From the IMG/VR virus record IMGVR_UViG_2802429733_000002, positions 1 to 64,000 of that record: a stretch of DNA of 64,000 nt; one strand, given 5' to 3'. Below are positions 9,201-18,231 of the stretch, in pieces. The position numbers and the translations under genes were made by a program. The first letter of the stretch is position 1; each line of letters begins with the position of its first letter. The notes beneath the pieces are model-generated. The model was not told the origin of the DNA, searched no databases, and worked only from the letters and a program-made list of their open reading frames with translations. Source of the stretch: a virus (taxonomy: Duplodnaviria > Caudoviricetes).

Positions 9201-12200
9201 GTCCGTTGGGAGATCAAGCCGAGGCAGACGGCGGCCCCAGCGCCAACCGAGAAGCAGGCGCCCGCGCCTGTCGCCGCGCCCGCCGCCAAGCCATCCGCGA
9301 AGGAGAAGGCGGCTGCCGAGCGCGCCCGCATCGACGACTACTTCACGCCGGGCAACATCGTCCCGTCCTATGGCGGCGGTGCCGATCGCGTCGTCTCGTT
9401 CTCGCGCGGCAAGGATGGCGAGATCAGCGTCACTGTCGAGGCCGTCAGGAAGGACGGCGATCGATGGGTCGGCACCGGCGAGCGGCGCACGCACTCGACG
9501 CAGCCGGGTCCGCGCGAGCGCGTGATCGAGCGGGCATCTCCGAAATTCGATCCCGTCGGCGACATGGTGCAGGCGGAGGCCGGGCCGACCGCCGCCGAGC
9601 CCGAGGCGAAGGCGGACCCGTTCGCCGGCAACAAGCTGTTCACGTCCGACGCCGTCGCCAAGGCGCGGGCGCGCATGAAGAACAAGCTCTCGTCGCCGAA
9701 GCCGTCGGTTGCACATGGTGAGCCGGAGGGCATGTCATCGGAAGCCCTGTCCGAGCACCTCACGAGCGGCGAGGATGCCGCTCTGATCGCGAAGCTGATC
9801 AGTGCCGGCCACATCGTGCTCCACGACAACGCCTCCTCCCTGCCGGACGGGATCGGCGCGCCTGACGGCGTACAGGGCGTGACGATGGCGGATGGCACGA
9901 TCCACCTCGTCTCCGGCAACCTGACGCCCGCGACGGCCCGGAGCGTGCTCCTGCATGAGATGTTCCACGCGGGCACCCAGCCTCTGATTGGCGAGCGGCA
10001 GTGGGGAGCGCTGCTCGATCGCGTGCGGCGGGCAACCGATGCGGCCATGGCCCGATCTCGTGCGGGCACGTCGCACGCCTCCGACGCCTTCTGGCGCGAC
10101 GCGGGCGAGCGGGCCGGAGCGGCTGGGACGCCGACCGAGCACCTCGCCGAGGAGGTCGCCGCCTATGCGATCGAGAGCAGGGAGCGCGCGCCCGCTGGCC
10201 TCCGCGAGATGGCGGACAGCCTCGTCGGCCGGGTGAAGGCCTGGGTGCTCCGCACCTTCGGCCACCAGCTCGGCGCCGTGACGCCGAGCCAGCTTCGCGC
10301 TCTCGCGGTCTCCGCCCTGCGATCGTGGCGGGATGCGCCGATCGTCTCCTCAGATGGCGGCACGCGATACTCCGTAGCCGCCACGGTGGAGCTTCAGCCC
10401 GATCGGAAGGGGACGCTTTTCGATCGGGCGCAGCGGCAGGCGTCGTCCTTCCTGACCAACGCCATGGCCGGCAAGCTGACGCCCCTCGCGCTCGTGCCGA
10501 CGCGTCCGCTCTTCATGGAGCTTGCTCGCGACCTGCCATCCGCGCGCAAATATCTCCGCACGAAGGAGGCAATGGACGCGATGCGCAACGACCTCTCCAC
10601 CGAGGTCGCGCCGATCGTCGAGAAATGGGGAACCTTCGCGCTCCGCCACCGTGGAGAGAATCGGGCGCTCGCGGACCTGATGCACGACACGACCATCGCG
10701 CAGCTCGATCCGTCGGAGCCGCCGCGCCTCAAGGCCGGCGATCCGCGCCGCGCGGAATATCTCGCCCTGCGCCAGCGGTTCGAGGCGCTGCCGAAGGCCG
10801 CGCGGGACATCTATACAAAGGCGCGCGACTTCTACGAGGAGCGTGCCGACCAGAGCGAGCGAGAGGTCATCGCGAACATGCGCCGGGCCATCGACGCCGC
10901 CGCGAAGCGCGCCGATCGCGAGCACGCCGCCGAGATGCAGCGGATCAGCGACAAGGGCCTGACCGGCAAGGAGCGCGCCGAGGCCGTTGCCGAAGCCGAT
11001 CGCAAGCGGACCCTGGCGCAGAGCCGCACCCGTCGCATGCGCAACGCACGCCTGAAGCGGCTCCGCGAGCAGTTCGAGAGCAACCGTCTCGCCGGCCCCT
11101 ACTTCCCCCTGGCCCGGTTCGGCCGGTTCTTTGTCACCGTACGCGACGCTGACGGGAAGGTGGTCTCGTTCTCCCGGTTCGAGAGTGTCGGCGAGAGCGA
11201 GGACTTCGCCGCGCAGATGCGCCGGGACAGGGCCAACACCGTCGAGGTCGGCCTGATCGAGGAGAAGACGAGGGCCGAATCCTTCCTCGATCCGAAATTC
11301 GTGGCCGACGTGGATGCGATCCTCGACGCCGGTCATGCCTCGCTCGCGGTGCGCGATCAGGTCTGGCAGCGCTACCTCGAAACGCTGCCGGACCTGTCGA
11401 TGCGCAAGAAGCGCCTCCACCGGAAGAACCGGGCCGGCTATTCGAGCGACGCGCTGCGCGCCTTCGCATCCTCCATGTTCCACTCGGCGCACCAGATTTC
11501 CCGTCTGCGCTATGGGCTGGAGCTGGGCGAGCACCTGGACGAGGCCGGGAGCGAGGTGAAGAGCGCGAAGGACCCGTATCGCTCCGGCGCCGTCTTCGAC
11601 GAGATGAGGCGCGCGCACGACTTCACCATGAATCCGGACATCAAGGGCTGGTCGCATAACGTCACCTCGGCCGTGTTCCTCTGGACGATGTGGGCGAACA
11701 TCTCGTCGGCCTTGGTCAACCTCGATCAGGCGTGGTCGAAGGGTGTGCCGGTGCTCGGCTTCGATGCGGAGACCGGCAATGTCGGAACGAGGCGCGCAGC
11801 AGCCTACATGGCAGCGGCCCTGGTCGATTTCCTCCGCGGCCGGACCTTCGTCGCGAACTCGCCCAGCCTCTCGGCGGACGAGCGGGAGGCGATCGGGAAG
11901 GCCTATGAGAGCGGCGTCATCGACAAGACGCAGGCTCACGACCTTGCCGGCGTCGCCGATCGCGGCGTCCGCTACAATCCCTTCTGGGCGAAGCTGATGA
12001 AGTTCGGCTCGGCGCCTATGCACCAGACCGAGCGCCTCAACCGCGAGATCACCTTCCTCGCCGCCTATCGCCTGGCACGCGATTCCGGGCTGGCGCACGA
12101 TCCGGCCATCGTGAAAGCCGGCGATCTCACCTGGATGACGCATTACGACAACCAGGCCTCGGGCAAGGCTCGGCTCATGCGCGGGAGCACCGGCCGGGCC

Positions 12201-13190
12201 ATCTTCGCCTTGAAGTCCTTCCAGGCGAACGTGCTCTACCGCCTGTTCCGCGATCTGCATCAGGCGACGCAGGACTTGCCGCCCGCCGAGCGCAAGGCGG
12301 CCATCGGTCGGCTGACCGCGACCATCATGCTGTCGCTCCCCATGGCCGGGTTGAAAGGCTTCGCGGGCATCTCGGTCCTGATGTCGATCGCGGGCCTGTT
12401 CATGGGCGCCGCCGGAGACGATCGCGATCCCGAGGAGGCGCTGCGCAAGGCGGTGCTGGAAGCGGCCGGGGACACGCTCATCGGGCAAGCCGCGGGCGGC
12501 ATGCTGATGGACGGCATTCCCGGCTACCTGACCGGCACGAGCCTCTCCGGCCGCGTCGGCATGGGTGATCTCTGGTTCCGCTCGAACAACCGCGACATGA
12601 ATGCGGAGCAGCAGTTCACCTACGTCCTTGAGCAATTGCTGGGCGCGCCCGTCGGCCTCATGCATCAGGTCTGGCAGGGCGGCGCGGACATCGCGAGGGG
12701 CAACGTCACTCGCGGGTTCGAGAAGATGGCGCCGGCTGCCTTGCGCAACCCGGTCAAGGCGGCCCGCTACGCGACGGAGGGCGTCCGCGACAAGAGCGGC
12801 GACACGGTCGTGGAGCGCGTGGCGCCGCAGGACGTGATCAAACAGATGATCGGCTTCACGCCGGCCGAGATCGCGGACCGCCACGAGCGGAACAATTTCC
12901 AGCACAACATGAAGAGCCGGATTCAGGGAGAGCAGGCTGCCCTGAGGCGCGCCGCGGCCGAGGCGCGCCGGGCCGGCGATCCGGACAGGCTCGCGAAGGC
13001 GATGGCCGAGGTCGACGCATTCAACGACCGCCACCCTCGCTATGAGGTCGACCGGCAGAGCATCAGGCGGGCGCAGCGAGCCATGGAGAGCCGGTCCCGG
13101 CGGAAGGAATTCGGCGTCGATCTGCCGACGAGCATAGCGCCGCTCATCCGAGAGAGCACGGCGCCATCGATCTACTCGCGGCGGGAGTAA
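6258..13190 (+). CDS. Large polyvalent protein (2310 aa): SLT-like, ParB-like, zincin HExxH peptidase-like, PLxRFG domain
   Basis: N-terminal ADRYGIPVDALLAMAQKDSNFDP; VIVSNDGHIVDGHH (~8700-8730); LLHEMFH (~9950) with downstream EEVAA; GPYFPLARFG (11106-11123); helical C-terminus typical of phage ejection-type polyvalent proteins. Confidence 0.8.
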   Translation: MSDGFSASPLDQVLAESQTKLRQASTAPVGPAFQSDQPEPAMPEPALLTAFESTADRYGIPVDALLAMAQKDSNFDPLARSRGIGPKSRGIVRISDDDLTRTGINPYQPEQALGVAAQKIKGYLDKGMSMEDAIKATVGGPNKETWGPEVQQYYDDVMGRAGKLADALYPAQPEPAPAPAAPPSDGTWYGDIGRAVDRGVGSVMNMPFEIASAMGSEWAEKQAKGVRDYNEESRKRDSAGLHASREAFDKVGGRIGKRMKEGDLAGATGWLSAIADNPMDAIRDFGESVAAIGTDPRLLTTTIAESAPSMLAVGAGGGVGAVAARAAGGSAGAGSALGIFLSSSGMSASSIAETINGDVDKMKGSDLRRLAPQAKTLEEAKRTVKQNAFLTVETLAAAGLAGSIDLIGRGAEKMIAGGLRETGGILRTAAKGAATEAAQETGQSALEAAAGARAQDSYQPEQDNWSGVLRETAAGAVAGAGMGAGTGAISGARGRNDHSNPFSALDPAVQAEAGDGYVTAGTVPSAPTQASPAPSEPVMKPIPPTSPETVAPASAPAGPLARALDVGAPQLREVAKPAGSVVVVTDETGQRVGRIVGQDSDGIMFEDADGVVELLSPDDITNGIVQVTTPEDAPRVPQAPAAPIVAESAEPVQAPVADTTGLVAMGGGLAGAITDSFYGGWFDLLSRKEGASSAFRAERLYPATRRAFDAGEITSPADLKAFLDRSEKAPAEKEGETRPFAPETGALGVPRAEMPQVASEHHGALVNHLNAKGIAHETTEVDAGALKPTQAEYEPAKVKRAKAEGNGERSVIVSNDGHIVDGHHQAVAAAEEDRPVRAIVLDATAEEALEAVKAFPSVRTAGTSEGKVREVEKTLAEMSEPELRERLKYVAGQAKANGGWGKRWIEARREVEREIGRRQRGAQSFGSPVAAKPEKPVAMKAASSNAAQAVVGRSFGSPEKAEARLAKLNLSATHEVVQTGKVRWEIKPRQTAAPAPTEKQAPAPVAAPAAKPSAKEKAAAERARIDDYFTPGNIVPSYGGGADRVVSFSRGKDGEISVTVEAVRKDGDRWVGTGERRTHSTQPGPRERVIERASPKFDPVGDMVQAEAGPTAAEPEAKADPFAGNKLFTSDAVAKARARMKNKLSSPKPSVAHGEPEGMSSEALSEHLTSGEDAALIAKLISAGHIVLHDNASSLPDGIGAPDGVQGVTMADGTIHLVSGNLTPATARSVLLHEMFHAGTQPLIGERQWGALLDRVRRATDAAMARSRAGTSHASDAFWRDAGERAGAAGTPTEHLAEEVAAYAIESRERAPAGLREMADSLVGRVKAWVLRTFGHQLGAVTPSQLRALAVSALRSWRDAPIVSSDGGTRYSVAATVELQPDRKGTLFDRAQRQASSFLTNAMAGKLTPLALVPTRPLFMELARDLPSARKYLRTKEAMDAMRNDLSTEVAPIVEKWGTFALRHRGENRALADLMHDTTIAQLDPSEPPRLKAGDPRRAEYLALRQRFEALPKAARDIYTKARDFYEERADQSEREVIANMRRAIDAAAKRADREHAAEMQRISDKGLTGKERAEAVAEADRKRTLAQSRTRRMRNARLKRLREQFESNRLAGPYFPLARFGRFFVTVRDADGKVVSFSRFESVGESEDFAAQMRRDRANTVEVGLIEEKTRAESFLDPKFVADVDAILDAGHASLAVRDQVWQRYLETLPDLSMRKKRLHRKNRAGYSSDALRAFASSMFHSAHQISRLRYGLELGEHLDEAGSEVKSAKDPYRSGAVFDEMRRAHDFTMNPDIKGWSHNVTSAVFLWTMWANISSALVNLDQAWSKGVPVLGFDAETGNVGTRRAAAYMAAALVDFLRGRTFVANSPSLSADEREAIGKAYESGVIDKTQAHDLAGVADRGVRYNPFWAKLMKFGSAPMHQTERLNREITFLAAYRLARDSGLAHDPAIVKAGDLTWMTHYDNQASGKARLMRGSTGRAIFALKSFQANVLYRLFRDLHQATQDLPPAERKAAIGRLTATIMLSLPMAGLKGFAGISVLMSIAGLFMGAAGDDRDPEEALRKAVLEAAGDTLIGQAAGGMLMDGIPGYLTGTSLSGRVGMGDLWFRSNNRDMNAEQQFTYVLEQLLGAPVGLMHQVWQGGADIARGNVTRGFEKMAPAALRNPVKAARYATEGVRDKSGDTVVERVAPQDVIKQMIGFTPAEIADRHERNNFQHNMKSRIQGEQAALRRAAAEARRAGDPDRLAKAMAEVDAFNDRHPRYEVDRQSIRRAQRAMESRSRRKEFGVDLPTSIAPLIRESTAPSIYSRRE

Positions 13191-13345
13191 GAGAAGCTGC
13201 CCCGACAGAGATACAGGCCGGCTGATAGGGCGGATGCCTCACGCGGGTACAAGGGCCTCGACACGAACTTGACCGAGCGGCAGGTGAAGCCGAGAACAAG
13301 GACATTCCGACGTTGACGTTGCCGGGCCGCCGGATCATCCGCGCC

Positions 13346-13385
13346 CGCCGAGGCGCCGTGGATGCCTGTCGTCCGGATCGTCGTC
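13346..13385 (+). repeat. Imperfect 40-bp direct repeat, copy 2
   Basis: cgccgaggcgccgtggatgcctgtcgtccggatcgtcgtc vs 5901-5940. Confidence 0.7.
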
Positions 13386-13448
13386 CAATGGCTCTGCCGC
13401 CAGCACCACGGGGCTGGCATGGGGTCGGTACAACTCTCGCGGCCGGCT

Positions 13449-14339
13449 TCAGGATTGGACGCCAGGCAGTTGCCTAAGGAATGCACAGATCGCATTCGGC
13501 CAATCCAAAACCTGATGCCGACGCAGTACAAAGTATTCAGATGGCGTCGGTTTCTCCTCGCGATAGAAAACCGCATTGCAAGCATATATCTGAGTGACGC
13601 TGTTGAGACCATCAGTTTCTTGATCGGCGAATGTTATCGCGGAGAGCCGTGGCCTCGTGCGGTACTGTGACGGTTTGTGAATGACAACGGCGATTCGAGG
13701 AGTGATAGGGCAAATGATGCTCAGGCTCCCCAGATTATAAGAGCCAGGAGCAAGGGTGCTATAGAATCCGTCCCCAAATATAAACTCCCTGTTTGGAGAA
13801 TAAATGATAGCTACCTTGCCAATGTACGGAATATTCCGAGCATGATTTCGCTGAGTGCCTCTTAAGTTCATGGAGATCAAGTTGTTTTTTTCCTTTACTT
13901 TTATCGATCCCCGGAGGTGTTCTGCCGTCGCAACGGCTAGCGCTCGCGTCATTGGGCTCCGAACGGCCAACGAGATGACGCACTCAAGGAGCTGATCTAT
14001 TTGCTCCGATGCCGCTTCGATCGGGATGTAACGATCTCGGAGACCGGCCTCAATGAGAGGAGGCCGGTCTAAACTCTGAAGCCACTCAATAACATGGGGG
14101 AAGGCCGAGTCGGGCCTGTCGAATTCTGGCTCAAATGTGAAATCCCACGGCGTGTCTTCGCCGGGATCATTCCCCAATCGCACACTGTGGCCGCCGCCAA
14201 TCGCAGCGAAGTTAGCTGGATCAGACGATATTACTTCTCCATCCGGCTTCAGCCAATGGACGATACCCTCATCATTCTTCCAGTATCGAGATACGCCCTT
14301 TGGCCACCAATGGTGTTTGGACGCTAACGGATGGGCCAT
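13449..14339 (-). CDS. DUF4238-like protein, candidate anti-phage cargo
   Basis: N-terminal KHHWWPK (HHxxP) and C-terminal CPITPRIAVVI are characteristic of DUF4238; AT-richer than flanks. Confidence 0.65.
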   Translation of the reverse strand: MAHPLASKHHWWPKGVSRYWKNDEGIVHWLKPDGEVISSDPANFAAIGGGHSVRLGNDPGEDTPWDFTFEPEFDRPDSAFPHVIEWLQSLDRPPLIEAGLRDRYIPIEAASEQIDQLLECVISLAVRSPMTRALAVATAEHLRGSIKVKEKNNLISMNLRGTQRNHARNIPYIGKVAIIYSPNREFIFGDGFYSTLAPGSYNLGSLSIICPITPRIAVVIHKPSQYRTRPRLSAITFADQETDGLNSVTQIYACNAVFYREEKPTPSEYFVLRRHQVLDWPNAICAFLRQLPGVQS

Positions 14340-14410
14340 CGAGAAGCTCAAGCGCGGCACATAGTCCGCCAGCATCACTAAGAGTGCCCCGCGCTGCATC
14401 GCCCCGCAAC

Positions 14411-14808
14411 TTAATCGAAGGTCGATATGCGCTTCGCCATCTTGGCGCTCACGCTGCGCAGGGGCGCCGCCGCCTCGGCCGGCGGATATGACCGCAATCT
14501 CGCGCGATATCTCGACGATCCGATCCACGGTCTCGCGCTTGGCGCCGGCCAGCTCGCGCGGCCTCGATCCAGATCGGGATAGCGGTCGGCGCTCTTGATG
14601 CCGATGTCCTCGCCCGTCCGGCGAGCCATCTCGACCGCCACCCAGGTCCAGAGACGAGCGTCTGCTCGATCGTCGCGCACGCGGGCGTCCTGTGCCCGCT
14701 GGCGAGCTTCGACATCGGCCAGATCGTCCACCCGTTCATGAGATCGGTCGCCTCGCGCTGGATGCGCTCCCGGGCCTCGCGGCGGTGGGCGAGCAAGACG
14801 GCGATCAC
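14411..14808 (-). pseudogene. Small frameshifted hypothetical gene
   Basis: Frame 1 MIAVLLAHRREARERIQREATDL joins frame 2 ERVDDLADVEARQRAQ...WVAVEMARR across an apparent 1-nt loss at gatctcatgaacgg (~14735). Confidence 0.45.
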
Positions 14809-15983
14809 GGCTGTCCGCTATCCGGATTGTCCGGTGCTCCAACGATTCCGTCATCGAGCTCTATGGATGGAATGTCGAGCAGGCTGCCGAATTCGACGGG
14901 CTCGCTGAGATATCGAAACCCCCACGGACTTAGGAGGAGCGCGCGCCTTCGAGCCGGTTGCTCGAAACGATGATCCCAGAGATCGTCAAGCTCGATTTGC
15001 TCCAATAGTTGTGCCATCCGGACCTTTGGCAAGGCAACCTCGTGGGGGGAGAATCCAGAATCCAGCATGTAATCAATAAATTCTGACGGCTGTTCTGCGG
15101 TTATGTCCCAAATTACTGAAAATACTTTACCGCCAAGCTGGCCATTGATCGCTTCCTGCCGCAGGAACTCCGGCGACGTTTCCGGACCCGGTGACGAGCT
15201 CGAAATGGAAAATGCGCCGGAGGCAGGATTTGCATGAACAGTCCAGGTCGCAGGAAAATTTTCGCTTAATCGACCGACAATTGTTCGCGATGGATGAAAA
15301 GAGCTTATGGAATTCGATACATATATTCTGAGGACATCGAAAAATCCTATGCCTTTTGTTAAAGCCAGATTCACCTCCTCAAAAGTCAACCTAGTCGCGA
15401 GGCCCCCATTGCGGCGTCGTAAACGCAAGCCATCTTCCCATATGACGTAGTCGGCATGGTAGATACCGTTACGAATATCGTCTCTAAATGCGCCCTCCAG
15501 AATCGATGACAGTTCCGTCATGCCGATTTCGTTCGCAGTTTTTGCAAGATTTCTGAACGTGGCATTTGCGTTAGGGCCGATAATTCTCTGCGGAGCAGTT
15601 CTTACTTTAACAAGATCATGGAACGGCCACAGAAGGTATGGCTTAAGAGTGATGATGCCCATCACATTTTTGATAGTTTCATAGACGCCACCCGCCTCTG
15701 CGAGCTGACAATAGAGAAATAACAAGACGCGAATCTCGGCTTTTGAGCGCGCGCGACCTTGCTCGGCACAAGATGATATCTCTCGGAACACCTCGTGTGC
15801 GGTGATAGTGGTCGACCAACCGGGGTCTTGCATGCCGCGAAATTCGCCGCTGAGCGACGCAGCAAAATCAAGCTCATTAACCTGCTTTGCGCAAGCAAAC
15901 AGATATGCAAGATGTCGTGATAGCTTATTTAGGTATGTCAGCGAAGTCATAGGTAGGTCTCGGTGCGTTAAATTTGACATCAT
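14805..15983 (-). CDS. Hypothetical protein with RxxxxH motif (HEPN-like RNase candidate)
   Basis: AT-rich 392-aa ORF; DDIRNGIYHADY contains RxxxxH in a helical context. Confidence 0.6.
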   Translation of the reverse strand: MMSNLTHRDLPMTSLTYLNKLSRHLAYLFACAKQVNELDFAASLSGEFRGMQDPGWSTTITAHEVFREISSCAEQGRARSKAEIRVLLFLYCQLAEAGGVYETIKNVMGIITLKPYLLWPFHDLVKVRTAPQRIIGPNANATFRNLAKTANEIGMTELSSILEGAFRDDIRNGIYHADYVIWEDGLRLRRRNGGLATRLTFEEVNLALTKGIGFFDVLRIYVSNSISSFHPSRTIVGRLSENFPATWTVHANPASGAFSISSSSPGPETSPEFLRQEAINGQLGGKVFSVIWDITAEQPSEFIDYMLDSGFSPHEVALPKVRMAQLLEQIELDDLWDHRFEQPARRRALLLSPWGFRYLSEPVEFGSLLDIPSIELDDGIVGAPDNPDSGQP

Positions 15984-16151
15984 GCACGGGAATATTTTTT
16001 TAAGATCTACGCCGCCCGGAAAGAAGGCAACGGGAGCGGGTGGATCGGCGCTCCGGTGCGTAGCAACATAATGAGAACGAATGAGACGAGAGTCGAGTCA
16101 GCCGGCCGCGGCGACGCGCGTGCGGCCGGCTGACATGATCTCCCGAGGGGA

Positions 16152-16379
16152 CTAGAACACGCGCGCCCGAGCGGCGAACTCTTCGACATCTTCAAGCGTT
16201 GCTTCGTACATGCGGCTATAACAGCCCAGAACGCCTATGTTGTCGTAATAACCTACGATGGTATATCCCGTGTCGAAATACTTACGAAGATGTGATCGCG
16301 CAGGCGTCTTTTTAAGACGGTAGCCGGCGCGGGCGAGCAAGCGGCGAACTCGATCTTCGCGAATCTTGATAGCAGACAT
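16152..16379 (-). CDS. Small basic hypothetical protein
   Basis: MSAIKIREDRVRRLLARAGYRLKK...; 75 aa from ATG 16379. Confidence 0.5.
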   Translation of the reverse strand: MSAIKIREDRVRRLLARAGYRLKKTPARSHLRKYFDTGYTIVGYYDNIGVLGCYSRMYEATLEDVEEFAARARVF

Positions 16380-16596
16380 GCAACGGTGTCCCTTGGTTGG
16401 GATTATCCACCGTTGCGCTGCGGCGATCAGACTGGCCTGCCTGTGGAATTGGGCAAGAGGTCCGGCGCACGAAGGCGCTGCCAAGGCTGGCATCTTGCGC
16501 GATCTGGATCGCGCGTCAATACCGGCATCCTGCCCTCGCTGCTGAGGGCGCAAAGCGCGTGTCGGCGCCCTAGTTCGATGGGCAGGCGGAGGGCAC

Positions 16597-17385
16597 ATGA
16601 AGGCTGAAATCGTGCCGGCGACATCCAAGCTACTGGATGAACTCGAAACTTGGCTCAGGGCGGAGAACGACGCCTACGAGGCGGCTTGCGAACGCCAAGC
16701 AGAACGCTGCCCAGAAATTGAGATTTTGGAGCGCGGATTCTTCTGCAATTGGAACATCGTCCGGCGGTCCTTCGAGCGCGATCCGCGGAATGTGCACGTT
16801 CTCCTCATGGACGGCGCGGCCATTGGCTTCGTTGACGAAATGGACATCCTAGAGGTCCACCCGAACTTCCGACGCCAAGGCCTCGGAGGGATGCTCGCCG
16901 ACTTTATGATCCGCCGGGCGTTCGACCTGGGCCACAGCGTGGCTGTGATCGAGGTCGCGCCGGCATCTGCCCAGCCTTTCTGGGAGCGCATGGGGTTCAC
17001 AATGGACGTGAACCGTCGGGGCGATGGCGGCGGGATCTACGCTTTCCGCAGGTTCGAGCGCCCCCAAGCTTTGGGAGCAGGGCCGCGCATCCCATACCGG
17101 ATCGCCTTCCATGATCGGTCGCGCGACTGGGACGAGAGCGTTGAGCCGTTTTCGGTTTTCGAGGGCATGGGCGAGCAACAAGCCGATGGCTCGGTTCGGC
17201 TAGCCGAACGGGCCTACTGCTTCGATGCAACCCAACCGACATCCTTTGACTGCGTCGTCCGGGTTGAACTCGCGGGGAGGCTGCTCTTCGAGGACAAGGT
17301 CAAACGACGGGAGGCCCAGGATGTCGGCCTGGAAATCGACCCAGGCAGCATTTGCTATTTCGAGCACCTGACGCCCCAGCATTGA
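16597..17385 (+). CDS. GNAT family N-acetyltransferase
   Basis: Acetyl-CoA motif ILEVHPNFRRQGLG and AQPFWERMGF; extra C-terminal beta-rich domain. Confidence 0.8.
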   Translation: MKAEIVPATSKLLDELETWLRAENDAYEAACERQAERCPEIEILERGFFCNWNIVRRSFERDPRNVHVLLMDGAAIGFVDEMDILEVHPNFRRQGLGGMLADFMIRRAFDLGHSVAVIEVAPASAQPFWERMGFTMDVNRRGDGGGIYAFRRFERPQALGAGPRIPYRIAFHDRSRDWDESVEPFSVFEGMGEQQADGSVRLAERAYCFDATQPTSFDCVVRVELAGRLLFEDKVKRREAQDVGLEIDPGSICYFEHLTPQH

Positions 17386-17707
17386 AGATGCTGACGCCCC
17401 TGGGCTCACCCGAGGTAGCGACACTCGCGCATCGCTAGGAAGCTTCAATGCCAGCGTCAGCGGTGCCGGTGCTTGCGTACGATCCAGAGGGCTACAATTG
17501 CCCAAGGATGGTTCACCCAAACACCGGCTCGGCGAGGTTATGCGAGGGCTGGCGGGGCAGCAAGGCGTGCGCGACAGTTGGCCTGTAGCCGGGTGAACTG
17601 AGCAGACCCCGGCGGAGAAGGCTCCAGCACCTACAACTAGCTTTGGTGGTCCTCATTAGCGAAGGCCGGCCACTTCACGATGAGAGAGACCAACTTCTCG
17701 ACCGCGC

Positions 17708-18004
17708 ATGGGTCGTGGCGACCTGTCTGCGCACGGGTTCCGCTCGACCTTCAGGGATTGGGCGGGGAACGAGACTGCGCATCCGCGCGAGGTTGCAGAG
17801 GCCGCGCTCGCCCATCTTGTCGGCGACGAGGCAGAGCGAGCGTACCGGCGAAGCGACGCTTCGGCGAAACGGCGTCACCTGATGGACGATTGGGCAAGCT
17901 TCGTCTGTGAGGAAGGCCACGAGGTCGTCGTGACCGATCACGATGTTAACGCCAATTCCCCGGCTCGGAGCGGGCGACGGCTCAGTCGGGTGGCGAGGCG
18001 CTGA
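17708..18004 (+). pseudogene. int: Tyrosine recombinase (P4-like integrase) C-terminal fragment
   Basis: AHGFRSTFRDWAG...EAALAHLVGDEAERAYRRSD...RRHLMDDWASF (HxxR, H, catalytic Y); N-terminal ~300 aa missing. Confidence 0.85.
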
Positions 18005-18073
18005 CCGAGCGATCCCGGAGCCCAGCCCGATCGCGCGTCCCACTTTGTCGCAGGAGGCATCATGAGCGCCCAT

Positions 18074-18097
18074 GCCGAAAGTGGGGCCGAAAGTGGG
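18074..18097 (+). repeat. Tandem 12-bp repeat, putative integrase arm-type sites
   Basis: gccgaaagtggg x2 between integrase remnant and tRNA 3' end. Confidence 0.55.
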
Positions 18098-18154
18098 GAC
18101 CGCCTCCCATGCGTCTGATAATCGTCAACGAAATCAGATAGATAGCGGAAAAAT

Positions 18155-18231
18155 TGGTCGGAGTGATAGGATTCGAACCTACGACCCCCACGTCCCGAAC
18201 GTGGTGCGCTACCAGACTGCGCTACACTCCG
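18155..18231 (-). tRNA. tRNA-Pro(CGG), host
   Basis: CGGAGTG...CCACG-TTCGGGA-CGTGG...GGTTCGAATCC...ACCA; 77 nt, canonical cloverleaf. Confidence 0.97.

Larger units (their letters stand above)
1..18154. mobile_element. PICI/phage-satellite-like integrative element (left end outside window), integrated at 3' end of tRNA-Pro(CGG)
   Basis: Order xis-like, primase/helicase, iteron ori, xis-like, terS, cargo; no capsid, portal or large terminase; ends in an integrase fragment and tandem arm-like repeats next to the tRNA CCA end. Confidence 0.7.

Noticed and set aside
5991-13034. Very long minus-strand ORFs 5991..9716 and 10350..13034
   Set aside because: Antisense shadows of the high-GC polyvalent gene; no motifs.
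16064-16078. CAAC-N7-GAAC as a LexA box
   Set aside because: One mismatch and no clear target promoter; not called as a feature.
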